NCBI GenBank assembly: GCA_963665665.1
Contig: OY762428.1
Location: forward strand, 3,904,001 to 3,968,000
Direction of reading: 5' to 3'
Length of the DNA: 64,000 bases
Source of the DNA: Candidatus Kapaibacterium sp.
GTDB taxonomy: Bacteria; Bacteroidota; Ignavibacteria; Kapaibacteriales; UBA2268
Below the pieces are notes generated by a model that had not been told where the DNA came from, did not search any database, and was given only the letters and a program-made list of their open reading frames with translations. The position numbers and the translations under genes are program-made. Numbering within the stretch: position 1 is the first letter of the stretch; every line of letters starts with the position of its first letter. Of this stretch, positions 10,062 through 20,728 are shown in pieces.

Positions 10062-11471
10062 TTACTGTGTAGCATATTGCTTGATAACCTGCCATGCTTT
10101 TGCAGCATGACGTTCGGTCAGTTCTGTCTGGCCGAGCACCAGGCGGAGTGTATATTTTCCTTTTAATTTTGTATGTGTTATGTAAATTTCTCCGCTGGCA
10201 TTAATTTTTTTAAGAATACTTTCATTGATAGCATTTAGCTCCATTTCAGATTTTTCCGGATGGAAATACCGGAAACAAATAACGTTCAGGTTGACGGGAG
10301 CAAGTATTTCGAAATCTGGATGTGTTTCAATTTTTTCAGCAATATCTTTTGCAATATTGATATGACCACTAATTTTTTTCCTCAAACCTTCTGCGCCGAA
10401 AGATCGCAGAACAAACCACAATTTTAAAGCCCTGAATCGCCTTCCAAGCTGTATTCCCCAGTCCCGGTAATTATTTACAAACTTATCTTCTTCGGTTTTA
10501 AGATATTCAGGAAGTATGGAAAATGTTTTTATCAATGCTTCTTTGTCCCTTACGAAATAAGCAGAACAATCGAAGTTTGTAAACATCCATTTATGAGGAT
10601 TAAACACATAGCTGTCGGCCAGTTCAATTCCTTCAATCATATATCTGAATTCGGGAAGAATCATAGCTGTACCAGCGTGTGCTCCGTCCACGTGAAGCCA
10701 CAGGCCGCGTTTATTACATATATCTGAAATTTCCTTTAGCGGATCAATCGCAACGCTGCTCGTGGTTCCTATAGCAGCAATTACGGCAAGCGGCTGAACA
10801 TCATTATCGATGTCTTCTTCAATCATTCTGTTCAGTTCCGATGGTATCATAGCAAAATTTTCATCCGTACTAACTTTCTTCAAGGAGTCAGCTCCGAAGC
10901 CGGCTATCCTGACTGCTTTATCAATCGAGGAGTGAGCTTCGGCAGAACAATATATGGAATACTTTCTGCTTCCCCTGAATCCGTGGCGGTTAATATCGTA
11001 AGCGCTGACTTTTTCTCTTGCTGTCAGTATCGATACCAGAGTAGCAGTTGAAGCTGAATCCTGAATAACCCCGTGGAAATGTCCCGGCAATCCGCAAAGA
11101 TCCCTTAGCCATTCCATTACCCTTTGTTCCAATTCTGCTGCTGCCGGAGAAGTTTGCCAAATCATGCACTGCGCACCGATAGCAGTGCTTAGCATTTCTC
11201 CAAGAAAAGAAGGAAAACTGCCGTTAGAATTGAAATAAGCGTGGAAATTCGGATGCTGCCAATGAGTAATGCCTGGCATTATTATCGAGTCGAAATCCTT
11301 CAGTATCTGGTCGTAATCCTCAGGTTTTTCTGGTGCTTTTTCCGGAAGTTTATTAATTATATCACCGGGTGCTGCCTGTGATTTTACCGGTAATTTTTCA
11401 ATATTTTCATAATAATCAAAAATATAATCCAATGTTTTGTGCGCATTCTTTTTGAATTCTTTTATATCCAT
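10062..11471 (-). CDS. PLP-dependent group II decarboxylase (aromatic-L-amino-acid decarboxylase-like)
   Basis: IMPGITHWQHPNF, SPAAAELE, WLHVDGAHAG, FNPHKW (PLP lysine), LGRRFRALKLWF. Confidence 0.93.
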   Translation of the reverse strand: MDIKEFKKNAHKTLDYIFDYYENIEKLPVKSQAAPGDIINKLPEKAPEKPEDYDQILKDFDSIIMPGITHWQHPNFHAYFNSNGSFPSFLGEMLSTAIGAQCMIWQTSPAAAELEQRVMEWLRDLCGLPGHFHGVIQDSASTATLVSILTAREKVSAYDINRHGFRGSRKYSIYCSAEAHSSIDKAVRIAGFGADSLKKVSTDENFAMIPSELNRMIEEDIDNDVQPLAVIAAIGTTSSVAIDPLKEISDICNKRGLWLHVDGAHAGTAMILPEFRYMIEGIELADSYVFNPHKWMFTNFDCSAYFVRDKEALIKTFSILPEYLKTEEDKFVNNYRDWGIQLGRRFRALKLWFVLRSFGAEGLRKKISGHINIAKDIAEKIETHPDFEILAPVNLNVICFRYFHPEKSEMELNAINESILKKINASGEIYITHTKLKGKYTLRLVLGQTELTERHAAKAWQVIKQYATQ

Positions 11472-11691
11472 ATACTAACTTTCATTTCCTTAGGTAAATA
11501 TTCTTCAAACTAAAATTATAAAATATCATATTGATCATTAAATTAGTCCGAAAGGTAAAAATAAACAAATTTATTTATAATTGAGTCTTTAATTAAACTT
11601 TGTAAGGTTTCCTGATTCAATTTTATTTTTCTTACATTATTAAACTAAAATATTCGTATATTTCAATGTTAAATGTTGATAAGGAGTTTTT

Positions 11692-12663
11692 ATGCTGTCT
11701 TTGTTCAGGACGATTGCAAACAAAATTACAATGAAAAAGTTTCGTGATTCAAATCTTAATATATCAGGTGATAATTTCAAAAAAGAAGTAAAGATCAGGG
11801 CGATAGAGTTTTCTCATTTCCTTAAAGAATTAATTTTAATGGTGCTCGGTGTTTTCTCCGCTGGTTTTGGTCTGCGGGGATTTTTGCTGCCGAATTCTTT
11901 TATTGACGGAGGGGTAACCGGTATATCCCTTATTTCGGCCGAGGTTTCGGGGATTAATTTCTCGATTTTACTTGTTCTTATAAACCTTCCTTTTCTGCTT
12001 CTCGGCCTAAAGAGTATGGGGCTACGCTTTTTTATCAGAAGCATTATAGCAATTGCCCTTCTGGCTGTTGTTGCTCATGTTGTGCCTTATCCCGTGATTA
12101 CTGATGATAAACTGCTGATAGCTATTTTCGGAGGTTTCTTTCTCGGGCTTGGAATAGGCCTTGCCATCAGGGGCGGCGCAGTTATTGACGGCACAGAAGT
12201 ACTTGCTGTGTTTGTAAGCAGGAAAACGCCACTTAAGATTGGTGATGTAATTCTTATGTTCAACATTATGATATTTACTGTCGGAGCTTATGTATTTAAT
12301 ATTGAAGTAGCTTTATATGCTATTCTGACTTACCTTGCTGCTGCCAAAACTGTCGATTTCGTAGTGGAAGGTATCGAGGAATATATCGGTGTTACAATCA
12401 TTTCAGAAAAACAGGATGATATCCGCATTGCGATTATTGAAAAACTCGGCAGGGGCTGCACTGTTTATTCAGGCAAAAGGGGGTATGCGCCCCGGGGTGA
12501 AATTCTTAGTGATATGGATATTCTCTACACTCTTGTTACGCGTCTTGAAATATCCCGCCTTGAAACTGAAATTGATAAAATTGACCCCGGTGCATTTATT
12601 ATTATGCACAATGTTCACGATGCAAAAGGCGGCATGATAAAAAAACGGCCCATGAAAAAATAA
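11692..12663 (+). CDS. YitT family membrane protein
   Basis: FLLPNSFIDGGVTGIS, GGAVIDGTE, C-terminal LGRGCT/IDPGAF; AAGGAG RBS upstream. Confidence 0.9.
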   Translation: MLSLFRTIANKITMKKFRDSNLNISGDNFKKEVKIRAIEFSHFLKELILMVLGVFSAGFGLRGFLLPNSFIDGGVTGISLISAEVSGINFSILLVLINLPFLLLGLKSMGLRFFIRSIIAIALLAVVAHVVPYPVITDDKLLIAIFGGFFLGLGIGLAIRGGAVIDGTEVLAVFVSRKTPLKIGDVILMFNIMIFTVGAYVFNIEVALYAILTYLAAAKTVDFVVEGIEEYIGVTIISEKQDDIRIAIIEKLGRGCTVYSGKRGYAPRGEILSDMDILYTLVTRLEISRLETEIDKIDPGAFIIMHNVHDAKGGMIKKRPMKK

Positions 12664-12747
12664 ATAAAATAATCACGTAACCAAAACCATACCTTAGTTG
12701 TTATTCTTAAAAGACGTAATTGTTACCATTTTTCAAAAAGGATAATA

Positions 12748-14979
12748 ATGAGGAAATTTGTTGTGTCATTGCTTCTGGTATTTTCAGTTTTATATCTGAA
12801 TGCAGGCGAGGTTATTCAAAGTTTTTCATCTTCCGTATTATCCAAAATGAGCCCTAACCTGTTTGAAAAAATTGAATTCGATCGTGGTAAAGGCTGCTTC
12901 ATGCCCAAAATTCAAACAGAGAATAAACTGCATATATTGCTCAAAGTTTTTGATAGCGAGAAATTTAAATCAGAATATGCTGAGTATATCGGAACCTGTG
13001 CCGGAGATATCTTTACAGTGGTAATTCCTTCGATTAAAATTGACAATTTGATTTCTGACCCGAATATAATTTATTTGGAAAGCGAAGTTGTCGGTGGCCC
13101 GCACCTCGATATTGCCCGCGAGAAGACCTTAACCGATGAAGTATATTCCAACAACATGGGCCAGCTTCCTGATGAGTTCAGGGGCAAGGGGGTTGTTTGC
13201 GGAGTAGCGGATCATGGATTTGATTATAACCACCCACAGATATTTTCCGAAGACGGAAGCGAATACAGGTTGAAAAGGGTTTGGGAACAGGCCGGCAATG
13301 GCAACCCCCCGGCAGGTTTTGCTTATGGCAGGGAATTGATTGATGATGACATTATTATTGCAGCCGGAACTGATATGCAAAATATGTCCCATGGTACTCA
13401 TGTAGCAGGAATTATGGGTGGCAGTGGGTTCGGATCTGATGGAAAGTATCGCGGGGTTGCCTGTGAATCCGATCTTGTATATGTAAGTATCGATCCGGAA
13501 ATAGACGGGTGGGCCAAATTAAGCTGTCCGAAAATTATTGATGCATACAAGTATATTATTGATTATGCAGAAGAGCAGGGTAAACCCTGCGTGATAAACA
13601 ATAGCTGGGGGCATTATCTCGGGCCGAAGGACGGCAGTTCCCTGTTCAGCCAGGCATGTGAAAACCTGGCAGGCCCCGGGAAAATAATTGTTATTTCTGC
13701 CGGTAATGCCGGGATGTTCCCATGGCATATTCGAAAATCTTTTACAGAAAATGATACTTTAGTACAAACTTTTTTCCGGGCTGTAACAAATGAATCTACA
13801 GCCTACTGGGTAGATTTGTGGGGAGAAAAAGGATCAAACCCACAGGTACAATTTCTGATTTATAATACTGAAACTGATGAAGTTCAGGACTCCACTCAAT
13901 ATTATTCCACGCTAATGGATGTTAACCAGACAATAGATATGAGGGACGATCTCGATTCTGCCTGCAGGATCAAACTAACTGCAAGTGTTCCGGCTTACAA
14001 TTTCAGGCCGAGAGTATTTGCAAGGGTGAAATATTCAAACAAGGATAATAACTATAGGATACTTCTCAGGGTGAAGGACTGTTCAGGTACTGTGGATTTT
14101 ACCGGTTATCTGCGGACGGATGAAAATTTTTCTTTTAACATAAGCAATGAAGGTAAATCCTGGGCTGAAAGTGGTGACAGAAATATGATGATCAATGACT
14201 TTATTAGTGGAAGAAATATTATCGGTGTTGCTTCCTATACAACTAAACTTAGGGTGAAAAATATTAATGGAAATTATGAAAATCTCGGTCCCGGTGTTGT
14301 AGGACAAATATCTATGTTTTCCAGTATTGGCCCCACAACAGACGGCAGAATGCAACCGGTTATTGCAGCACCGGGTGAATATCTTGTGTCAGGATTGAGT
14401 GGATATGATAATGCCAGAATGAACTTAAGTTATTACAAAGACAGGATTGTTACTTGTTTTAATATGTACACCGACAATAAGGAGCATTGCTTTGTACCTA
14501 TGTGCGGTACTTCTATGTCCTCGCCGATGACGGCCGGGGCAATAGCTTTGATGCTTGAAATAAATCCCAAACTTGATCCTGAAAAGATCAAAACAATATT
14601 CTCAGAAACAGCTATCAAAGATTTCTATACGGGGCAGGCTCCTGATTCTTCAGAGTGGGGTTTCGGAAAGCTTAATGTGTTTGAGTGTGTTAAAGAAGCC
14701 CTGAAAACTACAGGAATAAGTGAAAATATGATAAACAGGCATGGATCGGCATTTCCAAATCCATGTAACGAATCAATTAATATCCCTCTGAAAGTCGAAA
14801 GCGGGGAAGTTCATATTGCATTGATAAACAGTATTGGTGAAATAATCAGTCAGGAAATTGCGATAAGTAACGGGAGGTATCTCAGCCTTAACCTGAAAGG
14901 TATCAGTCCCGGTGCGTATTTCGTTAAAGTTAGTTCCGGTGGTGAAGTACTTTCTTATAACCACTTTATTAAACAATAA
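12748..14979 (+). CDS. Secreted S8 (subtilisin-family) serine peptidase with T9SS sorting domain
   Basis: Catalytic triad GVADHG, HGTHVAG, GTSMSSP; C-terminal FPNP...GAYFVKV. Confidence 0.93.
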   Translation: MRKFVVSLLLVFSVLYLNAGEVIQSFSSSVLSKMSPNLFEKIEFDRGKGCFMPKIQTENKLHILLKVFDSEKFKSEYAEYIGTCAGDIFTVVIPSIKIDNLISDPNIIYLESEVVGGPHLDIAREKTLTDEVYSNNMGQLPDEFRGKGVVCGVADHGFDYNHPQIFSEDGSEYRLKRVWEQAGNGNPPAGFAYGRELIDDDIIIAAGTDMQNMSHGTHVAGIMGGSGFGSDGKYRGVACESDLVYVSIDPEIDGWAKLSCPKIIDAYKYIIDYAEEQGKPCVINNSWGHYLGPKDGSSLFSQACENLAGPGKIIVISAGNAGMFPWHIRKSFTENDTLVQTFFRAVTNESTAYWVDLWGEKGSNPQVQFLIYNTETDEVQDSTQYYSTLMDVNQTIDMRDDLDSACRIKLTASVPAYNFRPRVFARVKYSNKDNNYRILLRVKDCSGTVDFTGYLRTDENFSFNISNEGKSWAESGDRNMMINDFISGRNIIGVASYTTKLRVKNINGNYENLGPGVVGQISMFSSIGPTTDGRMQPVIAAPGEYLVSGLSGYDNARMNLSYYKDRIVTCFNMYTDNKEHCFVPMCGTSMSSPMTAGAIALMLEINPKLDPEKIKTIFSETAIKDFYTGQAPDSSEWGFGKLNVFECVKEALKTTGISENMINRHGSAFPNPCNESINIPLKVESGEVHIALINSIGEIISQEIAISNGRYLSLNLKGISPGAYFVKVSSGGEVLSYNHFIKQ

Positions 14980-15001
14980 AACATAAAACAACCCCCGCCT
15001 T

Positions 15002-15107
15002 TCATCAAATTCAATATCCAAGAGCTTTAGCTCATGGATAAAGACACCCTGGACGGAAGTAAAGAAAGATAACCACTCCTGTAGTCCACTCCTCTGTGAG
15101 GAGAGAA
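15002..15107. repeat. Degenerate REP-like palindrome, related to the copy at 55416-55517
   Basis: TCATCAAATTCAATATCCAAGAGCTTTAGCTCATGGATAA (15002-15041) matches 55416-55455 at 34/40; both are followed by an AAAGAAA...CCAC.CC...CTC...GAG motif. Confidence 0.65.
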
Positions 15108-15311
15108 TAAGAGATTAAATATCATAGAATTAGCCCCTGTTTTATATAGGCAACCCACGCAGCTACAAAATGATTACAATTATTATAAATGATTGAAGGA
15201 TAATAAAATAAAGCAATACCAAAAACGATTAAAAAGTGATCAACAAATACCGGTGGGCGGCAATGGTTTTTGTTCTTTACCAAAATAATATCGCCAGGCG
15301 GCAAAAAAAAA

Positions 15312-15371
15312 TCTGAACGCCGTGAAGAATTCCAAATCCGTATTGGCACAGAATTCTTCACATCGTTCAGA
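15312..15371. repeat. Long inverted repeat (MITE/REP-like), possible bidirectional terminator
   Basis: TCTGAACGCCGTGAAGAATTC-18 nt-GAATTCTTCACATCGTTCAGA, 19/21 paired. Confidence 0.8.
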
Positions 15372-15422
15372 AATTTAATTTTCAAACATGGGATTGAAAA
15401 GATTTACTTTTCAAATACACTA

Positions 15423-16904
15423 CTAAGCTTTATCGGGAAAAAGCTGTTTCAATGTTTCTTCATCAGGTTTCGGAGTCATAAGGCTGACTATTATCAGCGC
15501 ACCGATTGAAACGAACAGAGCCGGGAATATAATCGGAATACCCCAGGGATCCTCGCCAATCATAACTTCCGGTGCTATTGCAGGAAGCCCGAATTTCAGG
15601 AATATCGTAGAAAACGAACCAAGAACAATACTGGATAGTCCGCCGGCTTTTGTTGCACGCTTCCAGGCAAGAGCTGCCAGCAATGCCGGAGTAATTGCCA
15701 CGCCATAAATCGTATAGGCAAAGTATGCATATTCCAGAACTGAGATTGGTTTATTCAATACAGTAGGTATAAATACTATAAGAAAAGCTACAACGCCCAA
15801 TATAACAATTAATACTTTTTGCATTACAACCAGGTTTTTCTGGCTGCTGTTCTTATTCATAAATTTCGACCAGATGTCGTGCACAATATTCGTTGACGGA
15901 CTGAGCAGATAATTCATACCAGTGGATATAACAACAACAACGGCGGCAGCAAGCAACAGAACGCCAACCGGAGCCGGTACCATTTCCTTTGCAGCTTTCA
16001 GCACTACCATTGCAGGGTCAATCTGCGGATCGGCATTCCAGAAATAAACCGATGCATAAACAGCTATAACAATAACAACTGTTTCAACAACGATAGTACC
16101 AAGAACCCAAAGAGCTACGGCTTTCTTGGCATCACCGGGAGTTTTGGCGCTATAAAATTTCTGGTACATACTCTGAACACCGAGGAGAAGGAACATCGTG
16201 GCTAACATGTAAGAAATACCTTTCAGGAGCGGGTACTCGCCGAAATCTTCAGGAAATACCTGGAAGTGAGAGGCGGGCAAAACAGATGTGGCTGCACCAA
16301 CATCAACTGAAGTAACAACAACAAAAGGCACTGCAGCAAGACAGGCAATCATAATAATAATACCATTTGGAAGATCGGTGTGAGCAACGGCTATCATACC
16401 ACCTATTGCAGTAAACAGGATAACGAAACCTGCCGCAAGAGCCTGTCCCATTTCTACTGATATTGCTCCGTCACTGACAACATTGATAATCATGCCACCC
16501 GCGCGAAACTGGTAGGAAACAATAGTTACGAAAGAAATAATCAGCGCTAATGCACCAAAAAGCCTTGCATATTTTCCATATCGCACTTCGAGAATATCAC
16601 CAATTGTATATTGCCCGAATGTCCGGATCTTGCCGGCAAGGAAATAAATAATAATAATACCAATCCATGCGCCAACCGGCATCCATAACGAACTCCACCC
16701 TGCCCTGTAAGCATACTCAGCGCCTGAAATGAACGTTCCGGAACCAATCCAGGTACAAACAAGGGTGAAAACCATTTTGGTTACTCCAAGGCTTCGCCCT
16801 GCAACCATCATATCATCCTGGTTTTGTACTTTTTTAGCTTTGATAAAATTGAATATCGTCAAGCCAATCAGGTAAGCAAAAATAATCAGAATATAACTTG
16901 TCAT
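15423..16904 (-). CDS. Sodium:solute symporter family protein
   Basis: DMMVAGRSLG, TWIGSG, YTIGDILEVRYG, GGMIAVAHTD, many TM helices; start taken at MTSYIL (16904) rather than the TTG at 16985. Confidence 0.92.
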   Translation of the reverse strand: MTSYILIIFAYLIGLTIFNFIKAKKVQNQDDMMVAGRSLGVTKMVFTLVCTWIGSGTFISGAEYAYRAGWSSLWMPVGAWIGIIIIYFLAGKIRTFGQYTIGDILEVRYGKYARLFGALALIISFVTIVSYQFRAGGMIINVVSDGAISVEMGQALAAGFVILFTAIGGMIAVAHTDLPNGIIIMIACLAAVPFVVVTSVDVGAATSVLPASHFQVFPEDFGEYPLLKGISYMLATMFLLLGVQSMYQKFYSAKTPGDAKKAVALWVLGTIVVETVVIVIAVYASVYFWNADPQIDPAMVVLKAAKEMVPAPVGVLLLAAAVVVVISTGMNYLLSPSTNIVHDIWSKFMNKNSSQKNLVVMQKVLIVILGVVAFLIVFIPTVLNKPISVLEYAYFAYTIYGVAITPALLAALAWKRATKAGGLSSIVLGSFSTIFLKFGLPAIAPEVMIGEDPWGIPIIFPALFVSIGALIIVSLMTPKPDEETLKQLFPDKA

Positions 16905-17295
16905 GATAAAATCTTTAAATATGAATAATACTTGTATTTCAATTCCCATAAATAACAATATATGAAAAATGCTCACCCAATTCAAAATATTAATATCTTT
17001 TATTCATCATATCAGGCCTGATCCTTGTTCACAATTTGTCTTGGACTGTAAAGGCATATCGGGGATATCATGCGGACTAATTCGAAGAAGAATCTTTGCC
17101 ATTCATACATGAACGAGCTGAAAATTTTCAGATACGAAGCAAAAGCACAAAACGACAACATCTTCATAATTGAATAAATTATTAACGTGGGTTGTGTGGA
17201 TATCGGAAAAAATCATAAGGCCCTGGTAAGTTTAAAATGTTTTCATAATATTCGGGTAATTGCATTTTTACTAATTTTGCACAAGTTAAATAATG

Positions 17296-17319
17296 TTCCG
17301 GTAGATCCGGGAGTTTTTT
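17296..17319 (+). terminator. Terminator-like hairpin just upstream of dinB
   Basis: TTCCGG-taga-TCCGGGA followed by TTTTTT. Confidence 0.4.
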
Positions 17320-17351
17320 ATGATTAGAACCTTTTGCAGAAATGCTTATCT

Positions 17352-18446
17352 ATGATTAACAGCGGCAGGAAAATAATTCATGTGGATATGGATGCCTTTT
17401 ATGCATCGGTGGAACAAAGGGACCACCCCGAATTAAGAGGTAAACCTGTAGCTGTTGGAGGTAAAGGTCGCAGGGGAGTGGTAGCGGCAGCAAGTTATGA
17501 AGCCAGGAAGTTTGGTGTCCGGTCGGCTATGCCCACATTCATGGCTCTGGAAAAATGCCCTGATCTGTTGGTTGTCAGGGGGAGTTATGGAGTTTACCAG
17601 GAAGTTTCAGGACAAATCAGGGATGTTTTCAAAACATATACAGATATTATTGAACCGGTTTCGCTTGACGAAGCCTATCTTGATGTGACGGAAAATAAGA
17701 TGAGGAATCCTTCTGCTACGATTATTGCCCGGGAAATAAAGGATAAAATTAAAAACAAAACCGGGCTTACTGCATCTGCCGGAGTTTCGTTTGTCAAATT
17801 CCTTGCAAAGATCGCTTCGGATTATGATAAACCCGATGGCCTTACGGTAGTAACACCTAAACAGGCAATTGAATTCCTGGATCAACTTGAAGTTAAGGAA
17901 ATTCCGGGAGTAGGGAAAGTAACAGCCGAGAAAATGAAGGAACTCGGGATAATTTACGGGCGGGATCTTAGAAAACTCAGCAGGTTTGCTCTTGAAGAAA
18001 AATTTGGAAAATACGGTTCATACTTTTATGACCTTATAAGATGTGATTATAACAGCCCGGTTGTAACCGACAGGATAAGGAAGCAGGTCGGGGCGGAGCG
18101 AACATTTAGCCGGGATATTGCAAAACAGGAGGAAATGCTATACGAATTAAGGCATATTTCTGAAATTGTCAGCAACAGACTGAAGAAAAAGGACACAATG
18201 GGCAAAACTCTTACACTTAAAATAAAATATAACGATTTCGTTAGTCAAACAAGAAGTAAGACAATTAATCATCTGATACAGTCAGAGGCTGAAATATTTA
18301 TGATTGCCGAGGAATTGCTCGTAATACCTGTTCCCCCGATTAAACCTGTCAGGCTGCTCGGTATTTCAGTATCTAATCTTGATAATGAACCTTCGAGAAA
18401 TTTCGGCAGGCAGCTGGCTTTAGATTTTTACGGAAATGAATTTTAA
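17352..18446 (+). CDS. dinB: DNA polymerase IV (Y-family)
   Basis: IIHVDMDAFYASVE, AASYEARKFGVRSAMP, SLDEAYLD, KPDG; ATG at 17352 preferred. Confidence 0.96.
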   Translation: MINSGRKIIHVDMDAFYASVEQRDHPELRGKPVAVGGKGRRGVVAAASYEARKFGVRSAMPTFMALEKCPDLLVVRGSYGVYQEVSGQIRDVFKTYTDIIEPVSLDEAYLDVTENKMRNPSATIIAREIKDKIKNKTGLTASAGVSFVKFLAKIASDYDKPDGLTVVTPKQAIEFLDQLEVKEIPGVGKVTAEKMKELGIIYGRDLRKLSRFALEEKFGKYGSYFYDLIRCDYNSPVVTDRIRKQVGAERTFSRDIAKQEEMLYELRHISEIVSNRLKKKDTMGKTLTLKIKYNDFVSQTRSKTINHLIQSEAEIFMIAEELLVIPVPPIKPVRLLGISVSNLDNEPSRNFGRQLALDFYGNEF

Positions 18447-18466
18447 ACTTATTAACAAAGGTAAAT

Positions 18467-19024
18467 ATGAGAATAGATGTTAAATACGGATTATATATCG
18501 GGATTTTAAATTTTGTATGGCTGTTGTTGGAATATATCAGCGGCCTTCATGGGAAGTATATTGAATACCACTCCATTGTTACCTGGTTCTGGATTGTTAT
18601 TCCTATAGTCGGATATATTTTAATGTATCGCAAATTAAAATCGCTTGATCCTGATGGATACCTGAAATTTAGTACAACAATAAAATCCGGACTTGTTGCA
18701 GCAGGAATTACGGCCATAATTGCAATTCCTTCACAGACTTTGTATTTCTTTGTTATAAATCCGGGATGGACCGATTTCATGGTGGAACAGGCCAGGTTGA
18801 AAATAATGGCTACTACGTCGGATCCCGGTGAGATAGAAAGTGCAGTTTTAGCGGCAAAAAGTTATTTCTCTTATGTTTCGTATTTGATACAAAATGTTGC
18901 CGGATCGTTATTTATTGGATTTGCTCTTAGTATATTTATTGGCGTATTCATGAAAAAGGAAAAGCCAAAAATACCGCCTATTGAAGTATTGAAAAAGCTG
19001 GAAGAGGAACAAAAAGACAGATAA
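18467..19024 (+). CDS. DUF4199-like membrane protein
   Basis: KYGLYIG..W.LLEY..GLH N-terminus, VINP, four TM segments. Confidence 0.75.
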   Translation: MRIDVKYGLYIGILNFVWLLLEYISGLHGKYIEYHSIVTWFWIVIPIVGYILMYRKLKSLDPDGYLKFSTTIKSGLVAAGITAIIAIPSQTLYFFVINPGWTDFMVEQARLKIMATTSDPGEIESAVLAAKSYFSYVSYLIQNVAGSLFIGFALSIFIGVFMKKEKPKIPPIEVLKKLEEEQKDR

Positions 19025-19186
19025 AATTACAAAAAATAATAAAAATCAGATATCAGAAATACTTCAACAATACCTATTAAAATAAAAGCAGGATAATTGA
19101 AAATAAAATTATCCTGCCGGGTGTTGAAACTTCAATTTATGTGATTTTATATCAATAGGTTTTTAAAATCTGATACACAATCTGTA

Positions 19187-20533
19187 CTATTTCTTTTTGT
19201 TAATATGATCAAGATATTCATCACGTGACAAATTCTTTTTCCTGAATACAAATGAAATCGGAGTACCTGAAAAATCGAAATGTTTCCTTAGTGTTCTTTC
19301 CATAAATCGTTTGTATGAATCTTTTAAAAGTTTTGGGTGATTCAGGAAAAAAGCAAAAACAGGAGGTTCGGTTCCCACCTGGGTTACATAATTTATTCTC
19401 ATGTCCAGCCCGTGTGCCGAGGGTGGGGGAGTGCGGTCAAAATCAGCCATGAGAGTTTTGTTAAGCTCTGATGTTTTAATTCTTTTTTTACGCCTTTCAT
19501 TGATTCCCTGCGCCAATTTAATTATGTTTGTTGCACGTTGTTTGGTTTTTGCAGATACGTAAATAATCGGAACATAGTCGAAGGTTTTAATTGATTCATG
19601 AATTATTTCGGTGTATTGGTCAGCTGTTTTGGTATCTTTTTCAACTAAATCCCATTTGTTCACAGCAATAAGTAAGCCTTTACGAGCCTCGGCAGCCTGG
19701 TTAAGAATACGTTTATCCTGATCTTCCATACCAAGTGTGGCATCCACCATAATAACCGCAACGTCGCAACGCTCAATTGCCCGGGCTGTCCTTAAAGTTG
19801 AAAACATCTCTACATTTTCTTTAATCCTGGTTTTACGTCTTAGTCCGGCGGTATCAATCAGCACAACCTCATCGCCGTAATATTTAACAACGGAATCGGT
19901 TGCATCCCTTGTGGTTCCGGGTATATCTGTAACGATCATCCTGTCTTCACCTAAAAGAGCATTTGTCAGGCTGGATTTTCCTACATTCGGCCTTCCCACG
20001 AAAGCGATTTTCAATCTTTCATCATCCTCGTCATGGTCGTATTCAGTAAGAGAATCTGTAACATGGTCCAGGAAGTCACCTGTTCCGTGGCCGCTCAGGC
20101 CCGATACGGGAAAAGGTTCTCCAAGCCCGAGAGCATGAAATTCAAGGGCATCAAGATCCTGCCTGTTGTTGTCACATTTATTTACAACAAGAGTAACCGG
20201 TTTTTTTGATGTTCTCAGGATAGTTGAAATATCCTGATCGAAGGGAGTAATTCCGTCCCTGCCATCACAAACAAAAACGATTGCATCTGCTTCGTCAATA
20301 GCGATCATTGCCTGTTCGCGTATTGCTTTTTCCATCTTATCTTCGGTGCCGGGAATAAATCCTCCGGTATCAATTACGTGAAAGTATTTCCCGTTCCAGT
20401 CGGAAATTCCATACAGCCTGTCCCGTGTTACTCCGGGTTCAGATTCAACAATAGCATTTTTCTCACCTATCAGGCGGTTAAAAAGAGTGGATTTTCCGAC
20501 GTTGGGCCTGCCAACAATAGCAACGACATTCAT
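19187..20533 (-). CDS. der: Ribosome biogenesis GTPase Der (EngA)
   Basis: Two GRPNVGKS G-domains, DTGG/DTAG, NKCD/NKWD, KH-like tail. Confidence 0.98.
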   Translation of the reverse strand: MNVVAIVGRPNVGKSTLFNRLIGEKNAIVESEPGVTRDRLYGISDWNGKYFHVIDTGGFIPGTEDKMEKAIREQAMIAIDEADAIVFVCDGRDGITPFDQDISTILRTSKKPVTLVVNKCDNNRQDLDALEFHALGLGEPFPVSGLSGHGTGDFLDHVTDSLTEYDHDEDDERLKIAFVGRPNVGKSSLTNALLGEDRMIVTDIPGTTRDATDSVVKYYGDEVVLIDTAGLRRKTRIKENVEMFSTLRTARAIERCDVAVIMVDATLGMEDQDKRILNQAAEARKGLLIAVNKWDLVEKDTKTADQYTEIIHESIKTFDYVPIIYVSAKTKQRATNIIKLAQGINERRKKRIKTSELNKTLMADFDRTPPPSAHGLDMRINYVTQVGTEPPVFAFFLNHPKLLKDSYKRFMERTLRKHFDFSGTPISFVFRKKNLSRDEYLDHINKKK

Positions 20534-20728
20534 AATTTATCTGTTTTTCTTATACTTACATTTTCCGAACCTGCAAATTACGAAAAAATAAATATTTAAA
20601 GCAATTATAAATGGATTTAACGGATTACCTTGAAAAATTGAAATATTTTATTTCATTATACTTGTATATTGATCCATAATAATTTAAATTATTGATATTA
20701 AATTTGTTTAACGATTGCCGGTGACGGT

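Noticed and set aside
15122-15509. Short ORFs 15122-15385 and 15270-15509
   Set aside because: They overlap palindromic repeats and have no recognisable protein features.
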